This document shows positions 12,425 through 24,488 of a DNA stretch of 64,000 bases, one piece after another (positions within the stretch are counted from its first letter, which is position 1; each line of letters opens with the position of its first letter). This DNA is from Phoronis australis (Eukaryota > Animalia > Phoronida), in the NCBI GenBank assembly GCA_002633005.1, contig NMRA01000538.1:230989-294988 (forward strand), written 5' to 3'. Both the position numbers and the translations under genes were made by a program. Below the pieces are notes generated by a model that worked only from the letters and a program-made list of their open reading frames with translations, did no database searches and was not told the DNA's origin.

Positions 12425-14323
12425 GCCGTGAACTGAAGTGGCGTAAATATTTTGGTAGTTGGTCTGCCAAGATTGTACGTAGACCTCACTTGTAGAGTTC
12501 ATACACCTACTGTAGGCCCCTATTGCCCAATTTTTAATCTGCTGCCAACGAAGCCCACGTGCAACGGAAAAGGAGAAAAATTGGCCGACATGACACCAGC
12601 AAATCGACTGGAAAATTTCTTCTTCCGATTTCAATTTTCCCGCACTGAAAACCTCAAAATAATGTCATTTATATGGTAAAACGAAACAATGGAGTGTTTC
12701 GACAAACCAATTAGTGGTCACTTCTTCATACAAACCTATGAAATTCAAGAAAATTGAACGACCATGCACTCAGCTATACTTGAGACCGCCATGTTTATAC
12801 CACTACGGCCAGCAGATGGCGCTCTCAAAGCTTCTCTGTCACTGAGATCAATAACGTCTTTGTTGTCAGTCAAGGAACGGTAAAAATTTGTGCCCTCTCA
12901 TTTTTAACGGTGAAAAAAGAACCGGGTTGTATAAAAACGGAACTTCAAATGAATTTAATGCGGAAAAATAATCTCGTGGTCCAATATAATTGAGGTGTTA
13001 TTGACGGACTAATTCGTATAGTCACTGTGAGCGCGCATAATGTATCAGACTATATAGTTACGTTATGACAGAGCCTTATAACAATTACAAAATACAAATC
13101 CCCTTAATTTGCTGCACGTTTTCCATCAGTGTTGTTCCGCAAACTAGTTTGAAAGAGGCCAGCAGGAGCAATGACCAGAGCACTGAACCGCGCGGGCGAG
13201 GCACGAGCCGAGCTTTCTCGCCGTGACTCGGTACAGGCCCGTACTATGAGATAGGTAAACTTTTTTGAGGAGTTAATTTGATTTTTCCCAAAATTTTGAC
13301 CCTCNCTTGTGTTTCACTCATGACCTGCCTCAAATTAAGTCAGGCTATTCAGGGGTCGTGACCTACTTTTAAGCTAGGTGCCGTGATCTGAAGTGGCGTA
13401 AATATTTTGGTAGTTGGCCTGCCAAGATTGTACGTAGACCTCACTTGTAGAGGTACGTAGACCTCACTTGTAGAGTTCATACACCTACTGTAGGCCCCTA
13501 TTGCCCAATGTTTAATCTGCTGCCAACGAAGCCCACGTGCAACGGAAAAGGAGAAAAATTGGCCGACATGACACAGCAAATCGACTGGAAAATTTCTTCT
13601 TCCGATTTCAATTTTCCCGCACTGAAAACCTCAAAACAATGTCATTTATATGGTAAAACGAAACACTGGAGTGTTTCGACAAACCAATTAGTGGTCACTT
13701 CTTCATACAAACCTATGAAATTCAAGAAAATTGAACGACTATGCACTCAGCTAAACTTGAGACCGCCATGTTTATATAATATACCACTACGGCCAGCAGA
13801 TGGCGCTCTCAAAGCTTCTCTGTCAGCAGAGATCAATAACGTCTTTGTTGTCAGTCAAGGAACGGTAAAAATTTGTGCCCTCTCATTTTTAACGGTGAAA
13901 AAAGAACCGGGTTGTATAAAAACGGAACTTCAAATGAATTTAATGCGGAAAAATAATCTCGTGGTTCAATATAATTGAGGTGTTATTGACGGACTAATTC
14001 GTATAGTCACTGCGAACGCGCATAATGTATCGGACTATATAGTTACGTTATGACAGAGCCTTATAACAATTACAAAATACAAATCCCCTTAATTTGCTGC
14101 ACGTTTTCCATCAGTGTTGTTCCGAAAACTAGTTTGAAAGAGGCCAGCAAGAGCAACGACCAGAGCACTGAACCGCGCGGGCGACCACGAGCCGAGCTTT
14201 CTCCGCACCGTAGGCGCGAGATCTTCGCCAAAACGCAGGATTGACTCGGTACAGGCCCGTACTATGAGATAGGTAAACTTTTTTGAGGAGTTAATTTGAT
14301 TTTTCCCAAAAATTTTGACCCTC
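12425..14323. other. ~0.9-kb duplication (12425-13304 vs 13379-14323) around N 13305; probable allelic haplotypes placed in tandem
   Basis: Long near-identical blocks with scattered substitutions and indels; first copy is in a contig bounded by N 12255 and N 13305. Confidence 0.8.
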
Positions 14324-16450
14324 GAGTGGGTGCCCAGTCCCTACTGAATTTCACTAGACGCCCAGTTCCTCCCTAGGCTAACGCTACCGACTAACTCCGC
14401 CCCGCGGACCCAGCCCCCTCCCCCCCATCTTCACGGACGTCGCCGATTTCGCCCCGCCCCCAAAGGTGTGTAGATTTCGGTATTGGTAGGGGCAAACCCC
14501 CAGAAAGTGGCTACCCGAACATTTGCAATTGAAATTCACTGAGAAAGATTCGCTGTGAACAGCTAGGTTAGGCCCGGCCTTTGTGATTCTAAGATTTTGA
14601 TTTTAGAGGTGAACTTTAGAAATCCATTTTATTAGGAGGCCAAACAAGTCCACTGCTAAAATGACTTTTTGGAGCGTGAAAGTAAGGAAAGGCTAGCTTT
14701 TACCACGGGCAACGAAATCCTATGACTGGGGATACTGATTAGTTAACGTCACCTCCAAATGAGTAGACCTGAATATTATTTCGGAAACTTCGGTTATAGC
14801 GTAAAAATGAAACCTAAAATTCGCTGTATTAGAGCCTATGGGAGAAGGGATTGTTTCAAAATTCCTTAGTTGCTGAAACCTCTGTTAAGCTAGTTTTTGA
14901 TAAGTAATGAAGTCTCAGTTGCCGGATCTCGCGTCTACGGAACGCATGCCATTCCGCATTGCCTCAAAGAACAAAAGTCGACAGCGCCGATAGCAAAGTA
15001 TCGGTGTGCACCTAGCGTGAGAAAGTAGCTCTTGTCACCTGGATTATTTCGCGCCATTCCTTACAGGTTGAGAATCGCTGGGCAAATTCAGTTGGGTGTT
15101 CACACACACGTAGATTACGTACATGTATGTATATCAATACATTAGTAAATTAGATACCATTGTGGAATCCAACTATTTTTTGTTTTGAGATTGATTGCAA
15201 TGTATAATTTCCGTGTCGTCTCAAATGTCAGAAGCTAAACATAGTTTTATGTTTCTATTTATAGTAATACCTACGTAAATTACGCATGAAAATAAATACT
15301 TTCATGTGCGTGATTTACACAGGTAAATATTCAAAGTTATATTTCTTCCTGTTCTGCTGGCTAAAAAGAGAAAATCGAATTATGTCTTTTACCTCTCGCA
15401 AAATCGGTCTCCTAAAACTCTTTGCTGTGATAGGATTCTATCCCCGGCGTTACCAATTAACAAGAACACTAAGCCATGCAGCAACTCAACAAAACGCTTC
15501 AGAGCTAGCTTATTATGGTTGGCCAGCATTAAAATTACGAATTCGAAAACGGCGCAAGTACGCCTTACTTTTGACTTGAGTTGCCAGTTCAAATGGAAAC
15601 AACCTCTCAACTGAGGATCGGATGAGCGGGGTAAATATGTTATAAAAATTAACTTTACGTTGGTAATTTTCCCCAATTTGTCCAACCACACAGGAGGCTC
15701 ACCATACTCATGCTTGAGGGCAACCGTATGCCGTGTGTATGTGGGGGGAGGGGGGGGGGGTTAAATTGCCACCGGGGAAAAGGATCGAGGAGTTTGGAGC
15801 ACTGAGGATGACGAGTGGATACCCCTTTCCCTACCCTCACATAGGCGGATTTAGGGGGCCCCCTCCCCTTGGCTGCCGCAAAAAAATAAAACTGCAAGAG
15901 CGTAGGGAAATGTTGAGTTTATTAATTAACCCCAGTAATTAAAATTATACGGATGAAAGAAATTTAAATGTGTGCAGTTTTAGTGTTGGGGGGGGATCAG
16001 ATACATTTTCTAGTGTCAAATTCGTAACGGAACTATGGCTAAGTATAGGCTCTCCTGCGATATCCCAAGCGACCGGCAGTGGCACTACGACTCAATACTG
16101 TGCAATGAAGAAAATTTTCTTTATTTTTTAAAGAAAATGGAACCTGACTGACGATGAAAAAACAGAAGCTGCTGGTAAGATGTGAATTTTAATCGAAGCC
16201 TTAGTGAATCACTCAGAAACTCATAATTCTCTCTTGTTCAAGACGATTTTCAAAGCAATCCCGTCATTATTGCCAACACGAAAAACGGATTTGGTCTTTT
16301 GGGCATTTGAAGACTATTTTAAATTACAATAAATTTGTTAAGAACCAATTGCACAAAATATAAAACGTGTAATAAGCATAACAAAAAGAAGTTGGTTTCG
16401 CGCGCAAACGCTGTGGACCATAAACAAGTAGGTCTCTTAGTTTAATCATT

Positions 16451-16572
16451 ATAGTGTGGTGGTAAAGCTCAATCCGCCAGGTCGTGAGTTCGAGTCTGTG
16501 CCGGGTACTTGCAGTGTTTCTTGTTTGACACGTTCTCCGTGTTTTTTTTTTTTTTTTTTTTTTTGCCTTTTT
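16451..16572 (+). mobile_element. tRNA-derived SINE-like remnant followed by poly-T
   Basis: A-box-like TAGTGTGGTGG (~16451), B-box-like GAGTTCGAGTC (~16486), T-run 16542-16564; no cloverleaf. Confidence 0.4.
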
Positions 16573-19500
16573 TCTTGTATAATACTTCAGGAATCAAGGA
16601 AAATGCTTGATTTTTAGAGCAAAAAACAGAAGATTTTCCTGGGCGGGAGTTAGACAAACCCCCCTCCCGACCTCCCCCATTCAGTGCTATACGCATCTAC
16701 AATCGTGGTTTGCGCAAATGCTTACAGCCGGACAAAATGTTGGCCCCTCCCACAATTTTGGTTTTCTCGAGAGTGGTACACCTGCCACCTTTTGATCGCT
16801 GCCAAAACCAGCTGAGGTCTGCTACAGCTGATTCAAAAAACGAACCAACACATATCTTAGCAACTGGGGAAATGAGTATCCGCGGCAATGGCAAGTCAGG
16901 ACTGACGATATCCGTGATACCAATTCCTAGCTTCCCGGCCTATTGTTCGGCATCGGGATACAATGCAATGGGCAGAATCGGCTTAGCAACGACAGAAATG
17001 TAACCAAGGCATTTGGTATTTTTGTAGTAGAGATCCATGGTTTCAGTGCTCTGTTTATGTTTACAAATCGTCCTTAGCAGGCTTGTGAATAATTCGAAAT
17101 CCCTACGTTGTTAAGATCTTCTCAACATTAAATTTAAAATCAAACCTTTTAAGTTATAATATTATACGATGTGACACGGTAGTCTGACAAGTAGTTTCCT
17201 ACGTCCGAAAGCAAAATTTCCGAATTAGCTTACAATAAGACGATGAGTTGTTAAACGAACAATCCTTGACAAATGTCAATCGCAGATGAGAACGGGACAG
17301 TGACAGTGTAGGTAGAAACTTGTCCGCCCAGCTGACGGATTGAGTATTTTGTGAAGTGTAGCGGGATATTGTGTGTGTATTATAGTTGATAACTAACTGT
17401 TCTAATTTACGTGTCTGTATGGTTAAAATCACACAGGTGTGTCAGTTGTGAGCGAATGTGGCTTGTTTTGACACTCCGAGTCTGCGCCAAGGACAGATAG
17501 GTGGCATTTAATTCACTGCAAATTGAGGATAAGCAATTTAGAATACCTGTTGACGACTTGATTCAGCTTGTTTCGTCTGCAATAATATTAAACCGGCAAT
17601 ACGCCTGCCGCCTTCCATTATAAAAAAGATTTAGTCCACTCACCGTTATGAAATAGGTATCAAATATTGTTGCTTATTCAAAATGGACAGGATTCCAGGG
17701 CCCGGGGTTTAATCTTTTGCTCGAAATTATTTTTAGGAATTTTCTATAATTCTTCTTTTGTGTGAACTCAAGATACGCGTCCATTATTCTGTTCTCGAGG
17801 ACATTATGGTATATGGGAATTCCCTTGTTTCAACATTGAGCAGCAGCTTCCATCGAATTCTGTTTGAATCTGAATCAACATTCTGGCATCAATTATAAAC
17901 TTATTTATAACACGGTGCTTTTTTACACTTTTGAAATGTCAGGAAACGTGCGAATTCGTTTGCAAGACACAAGTATTAAAAGCTTCGATAAACTTTGTGA
18001 TGGAAACAAGAAGTCATAAAAGTGCAACAAGAATCAAGATACAAGTGCTGTACTATCTATAGCATTTATTTAAAATCGGCAGCATGGGTATATTTAACGT
18101 GAGCCAAGAAAGGAGAGTCCGGAACTTTACTCCTCACAACTAAAACAGGATAGGCTTTACCACAAATGAATTTACAGTCATCGTAACAAACAAAACGTCA
18201 GCAAGTGTTTTTCCAGATAATATATGGACAGCACCAACAACAACAATAAGCTCGAGCCAATGTAAACAAAACTCTGTTTGCATCATAGTGAAGGCCGTAA
18301 AATCAGAGAAAAATGTTGTCCTTTAATTACGTCATCCCCTCGTGATCTTTTTGTGACCTGATCAAGCGGGCGAGCGCGCAGGAACAATAACCGGAAACAG
18401 GGGAGAGGCGGTAACTCGCACTAATAGCAGGCTTGGTCAGTTTCTGTAGAATATTACGTTACCTGTGGCTTTCAATCTTTATACTAATCGAAGGATTAGG
18501 CAGGTGGTAGAAGAACTATCATCTCCTTGCAGTAGTGTCTGGCACGACACTGAACCTGAGAAATTGGTTTGACAGTTTGTTGACCTATTTTTGTTGAACA
18601 AACAAATAAACAAACGAACAAAAAACAATCAGATTGTTTACACGAGTTGCGAATTAAACCTAAAAAGACTGCGTAGATTCAGTTAACACTCGGTCATTTT
18701 GTACGGCCATGCCTTTTGCTGGCGTCATGTGTAGATCAACTTTCGTCTTAATTCGGCTGAGTTGTTGGTAAGAATGTCCCGTGATCATGGGATTAACGGG
18801 ATGTTCGGTTCAAGATAGGCCTACACAAAATTAACACCCACTTTTGACGCATGTCCTTGTACAAACAAATATGTAATTGGCCAAATGTTCAGAGATATCG
18901 TTAAAAATTGAGGGTCGATGTTCAAATCTGCACGAACGTACTTTCAGTTTTAGAGAGTTGCATGTTGTGAAATTTGGTTGGAAACATGAAACTAACTGTG
19001 AATCCATTTTTGAGCAACTGCATTTTCTACTGCATGTTATTGGAAGATGTTTACAAAATACACTCAATCCTAAGCTAAAGATTAACATTTTAATCTGCAC
19101 CCACTGACTGTACTTTTAAGAAAGTGGCACAGTTTCTAGGAACAAAAATTTAATCATTTTATCGACCATTATAGTAGACGCCAGTGGTTCATCCATGTCC
19201 ATAAACACTGGAGACTTGGATGCGACGGATCGGTCAGCGGTCGGGTAACAAATCGCATTTCACCTGTCGCAGCCTTTTGTGTAGACGCGTCTACGAAATT
19301 AGTCAGACTATACTAATCGGACAATTGAACGCTGTTGGTTTGCTTGTTCAACTACATCGGACAACATTCTTAGTAAGTGACACCACTGTCAATGCCGCAA
19401 CTATGAAAAGCTGACAGGTGAATGCCGTTTAGTGCCAATTGTTAACACGGTTATTACCAGGCCACAGATGTAAACAAAATTTTAGGACGGGCTGGTCTGC

Positions 19501-22500
19501 GCCCCGGGGGCTATTCTTTAGGTTGCTCTCGTTCATTTAGATATCTCGAGCGAAAGGCTATGCTAGGGAATCAGTTTTCAACCAAAAAATCACACGTACG
19601 TTTTAGTTGAACATCCTCTGCCGCAGGAAGGACAGTTTTTCAGGATGACCTTACGACAGGGGCACATGGTGGCGATGGCGGTGATGGGAGCCGGGTAAAA
19701 GGGGAGACACCATCATTACTAAATGGATAATTTTCGATACGAGTATACACAGACTCATAGAAGACACAACCAAAATTTGACGTAGAAAACGTTTCAAGAC
19801 CCTCGAATCACACGTCTGATAAAAAATTGGGTCAAGTATCCCCGGAGTCCGGCGCGTGAGCCATGCTCATTTTACAACCCTGTTGTGGCTGATTAGATGT
19901 CGTGCTTGACGCCGTTGTAGCTGTGGTTGCCGTTCCTCAGGCACTGAGTTGTGCGGGTTTGCTAAACACTTGTATACCAATGTTCCAGCAAAGAAATGAA
20001 CTTACTCCTATAAAATTGATTTCAACTTTTCCTTATTCGGTTCTGATTTTTGGGGTTATGAAGACCTGACAGTGGGCTATTCATTGAGACAGTGCTCAGC
20101 ACATAAAATGATAGTTCATGACAAGGCAACTTGTGCAGCTCGTCTTATCTATAATGAAAACCAATTTAATATCAGTCTTGAAACTCGGTCACAAAATTGG
20201 CGACACTTTTGATTAAAGCTACATTGAAACCGTGTTTTCTGAAAAAAACACGTCTTAGTGACTCAACGTTATGAAATTGATCTCTGATTGTTCTTTAGTC
20301 AAATGAACTTCTCGTGAGCGTTATTTCTGGGCTCGGTGTGAAGAACAAACGTTCCACTCATTTCGTGGTGAGCTCAGAGATCACTTTTAAAATGCATGAG
20401 TAAGAGATAATTACAAGACCAAGTTTGCAATGGTAAATGATGGACTGAATCAAAACTTGGAGGTTTTCACAACAAGCACTGTTAGACGTAATTTAATTAG
20501 CATTTAATAAGTATTGAGCCTAATTCATATTTTAATTCTATGGGCTTGAAATCCGGTTCTGGATGCACCGAAGGTTTAAGTATGTCTCATAACTCACTCG
20601 CCCGCCTACGCTTGGTCAAGGAAAGCCGATGACAACATATAACAAGATCTGAAATAGTTAAATATTGAATCTCTTCAAATTATAAATCACTTTGGTTCTT
20701 TTAACAGTCGCAGTCTGATATCTCCAAAAATATTTGCCTCGATCAGGACCCGGATATGCAATACTAGTGTACTCAACGTAATTTCGAACTATGGCAGCAT
20801 TGACGTCTTGCAATTCCTTAATATCCTGTTCTCTATTTAACCAATACAGTGTGGTTGAACTCGAATAGCTATTAAAGTGCCTTACTGTGAAGAAGAAGAC
20901 TGGTTCTTACGCCTAATCAACATTAGTAATTAACTTTATCTTCGGGTTAAATTATAGCAATTTACGTCATACAATAATATTGGCTTTGCCAGCGCTTGAG
21001 GGACGAAAAATGCCAACGCCGAATGTTTCACATATGCTCGGGTTAGTCCAATGTTCAACAAAAGCTATCCTGTACCAAAATCCAACTATGCGTATAACGC
21101 ATATTCCTGTCAATTCATTTAAAAACTTTTATTAGCCAACTCTCTATTCACTCCGCCAATAACGCTAAGTTTCAATTAGTAATATAAAAACTAAAGTCCC
21201 CGCTTTACTAATTAAAGATTTTTTAATCAAATTGCAACTGCGATGTAAATTCAGGTTTCGTCAACCCAATTTATTTCATTGTTCATCTATGAATTTCCTA
21301 GAATATTGTCAATCCATCAGCTTTATTAAAGACGAGACTGGACCTCGTCGCGGCTTCAGACACTCATTTTGCGGGCATAAAATGCAATTACCGGAGTTAC
21401 AGCACAAATCACTAGATATTACTGCTTCATTTCATCTTTCCTGAGCCTTTATATTGATATTGCATGTCAGTTCATTTCTACCCACAATAGCCACTATTTG
21501 TGGCACGTACAGTCAAACGACGGTATATAGAACTCGTCTCCGTGTCGAAAGCGATTCCCTAGGGATACGGGTGAATGGATGGTACTTTTATAGTTTACTG
21601 GGTGACGGAATTTTCACGGACACGGATGACCACGGACATTTGGACATTTTTACAATATTAAAAAGCTCGATAAAGACAATACTTACCTGGATTTTAGCAA
21701 TTTGTCACTACGTGTACGTATCAAATGTTTCAACATTAGGATTAATGTCATTGAAATTATTCCAAAAACCACTTGAAGACCCCAAGTAATAGTTGTACAA
21801 AACGTACTGTTAGGGTATTCTGCAATGTTTTTACTTGACGCAACGGACAGCGTGTGGGTTGCTGAATAATACTTTAATCATCGGTACATTGTATTGAACG
21901 TAATATCAAAAACACTGAGTGTACCATTTATTGTATACTGCTTCGAAACTGTGGTAATGTAACAAATAGGTTGGATAATATTGTTCTAGGGTCAAAAGAC
22001 ATATAAATAGTGAAAATAGCAATGAGGTAATAACATGATGCCGGCGACCAGATGTTGGTAGTGCAGCTTAGTATTTTTGCCAACAGACAGGTTGTTTTTG
22101 CGAATTGTCTGACCAGCGGACATTTGGCCTTCCTTTCAATTTCCGGATATTTCTTTTGATCGGACAACGTATTGTTGTTATTGTATTGTTGTCCGCTTTG
22201 CTTAGGTTATTATGCCATCTTCCTTCCGAACTGTGGCCACATGAGATCATGAAACCAACGATGCTCAATGTGCACTCCATTTGTAGTCAGTTGTACTACA
22301 ACCCACACCGGTAAAAATAAAGAAAAAGCCAGTGGACTGCGATGAAGCGTATACAGAAGTGCACCCAATGACCCTAATGTTTGTTTACCTGGCGCGGGTT
22401 TGAAGAATTTGTATTATGCCTTTGCGTTATAAAAAAATGTTTGGCAAATTCATCTGCATTCAAATGTGTGCAACACGTGAAAACTTAGCTTTTATAGTTC

Positions 22501-23288
22501 ATACTTGAGTGGAAACATATAAGACCAGTGGAAATTAAAAACTACAGTCAGTGCACATTAAATTGTTAAGAGGCCTAAAGATTAGTTTGTGTTTTGTATC
22601 GTTTTCTCTGTCTACTTTCAATAAAGCAGAGTATTACATGCGTTTTGGTACCAGTAAAGTAGCGTCTGAGCTATAATCAAAACTTAACAACATCTGGAAC
22701 ATCAACAAATGACTCTACCTTTGTCGAAAAAGTGCTTCAGAACCCATGTTTTTGAGAGTGTGAATTGTCTAGTTATGTTCGAAACACCTGTATCATGACA
22801 TTTTAAGTCGTAATTTCATTCCGTAAGAGAAGAGTACGGTGATTTTAAATACACCACGTTTTCTGTTGTTGCCGGTTTTAACCAGTGAATACAGACGTTA
22901 ACTGTATTTATTTTACCGTTCATGGTACGCTGATGACCGTCCTTTAAATTTCTTATTTTCAAAATACGACAATTTCGTTGCTCATTAACCGTTAGTTGTC
23001 CGCAAATACCTGGTCAATCGACGTCATATAACTGACCAGAAGGTGACTTTTGACCACTTGAAATACCTCACTGATTACCGACCGGGCTAATAGTGCCAGG
23101 TGCGACAGGCTAATGTCTGCGCCACTGACATAAGCCCTACTCGAACAGAGATGAGAAACGAAGACAAGCCGAGGCCTTCGCTGAGAGATGATTGACACAA
23201 GACTACATCTTCTTGCGATTGGGCAGTAAAAGAGGGAGCAGTAACTGTAAAATTAAGTGGATTACAGTTATCAGTTGCTCTGTGGGTC

Positions 23289-23830
23289 GATGATGATGAC
23301 AGTGATAATGATGGCAATGACTATGATGATGATGACGATGACGATGGTGGTGAAAATGGTCATGATGACGGCAATGACGATAATAATGTTGATGGTGATG
23401 ATAACGAAGAAAGGTGAAGATGGTGGTGATGTTGAAGTTGACGTTGACAACGATGGTGACGGTGATGGGGTTTTTGGTGCTGATGATGACGATAAGAAGG
23501 AAGAAGAAGAATATGATGATGGTGAAGATGATTATAATGAATACGGTGACGATAAAAGTGATGGTGATGATGAACAGATAAGAATTATGAGGATAATAGT
23601 GTTCATTATGATTAAGATTATTAAGATGATGGCGAAATGATGATCGTGATGATGATGGCGTTGACGACGAACAGGAGACGAATGAAACCAACGATGACGA
23701 TGGCAATAGTAAATGACTGTTATTGCGAAACGACGCTCATATTGTCATGCGGAATTACCTTTAAATTAAATGATGACGATGATAACAGTATTGATTACGA
23801 TTGCTGTGATACGGTGATGTAACGACGAAA
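23289..23830. repeat. Degenerate (GAT/GAC/GGT)n trinucleotide low-complexity tract
   Basis: Continuous 3-bp periodicity; generates poly-Met/Asp/His ORFs. Confidence 0.9.
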
Positions 23831-24308
23831 AATGTCATTATAACATATTTTTGAGCCTTTGATTATGTCGCCTTCTTTGACGTTTTATTTCAAGCAAATC
23901 AAGAGTCAATGACACGTTGGCTCTCACTTCACTTCGTTTTTAATCCTAAACCCAGTGACACACGCACTCGAACAACACCGAGAAAATGCTAATTTTATGG
24001 CGTCTTTAGTGGCGTCTGATCACCGTGTCTGTCGCCGAACACTGCCACTAATGGCCGCGCCGTGACCGGGTGACACAGAAAAGTAATGCTAACGACCTAA
24101 CACAGCACAGAGCCGGGGCACAGGTACAAAACAACACCAAGTGAACTCCTTTATGTTATGTGCTTCCGTTTAGTATTTAATAAACTGTCAATTCTCGTGT
24201 TTTTCGCATTCGTAGAAAATCAGTGAAACGAACTGAATAAGCGTATTTCCAATAAAATTCTTGAGGCAAATATTCCCCTGTAAACACTGACATAACGAGG
24301 GGCACGTG

Positions 24309-24340
24309 CACACATACACACGCACACACACGCGCGCCCG

Positions 24341-24380
<40 letters not shown>

Positions 24381-24488
24381 NNNNNNNNNNNNNNNNNNNN
24401 NNNNNNNNNNNNNNNNNNNNNNNNNNNNNNNNNNNNNNNNNNNNNNNNNNNNCACACACACACACACGCACACACACACACACGCGCA
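24309..24488. repeat. (CA)n/(CG)n microsatellite spanning an N gap
   Basis: Direct reading; N-run 24381-24452. Confidence 0.95.

Noticed and set aside
12452-14244. ORFs in the duplicated 0.9-kb block (e.g. 156 aa at 13508)
   Set aside because: Frames are not preserved between the two copies and no domain is recognisable.
23203-23822. Poly-His/Met/Asp ORFs as an acidic biomineralisation or metal-binding protein
   Set aside because: They come from a degenerate GAT tract; the Asp-rich frame is broken by frame slips, and I found no supporting splice sites or signal peptide.
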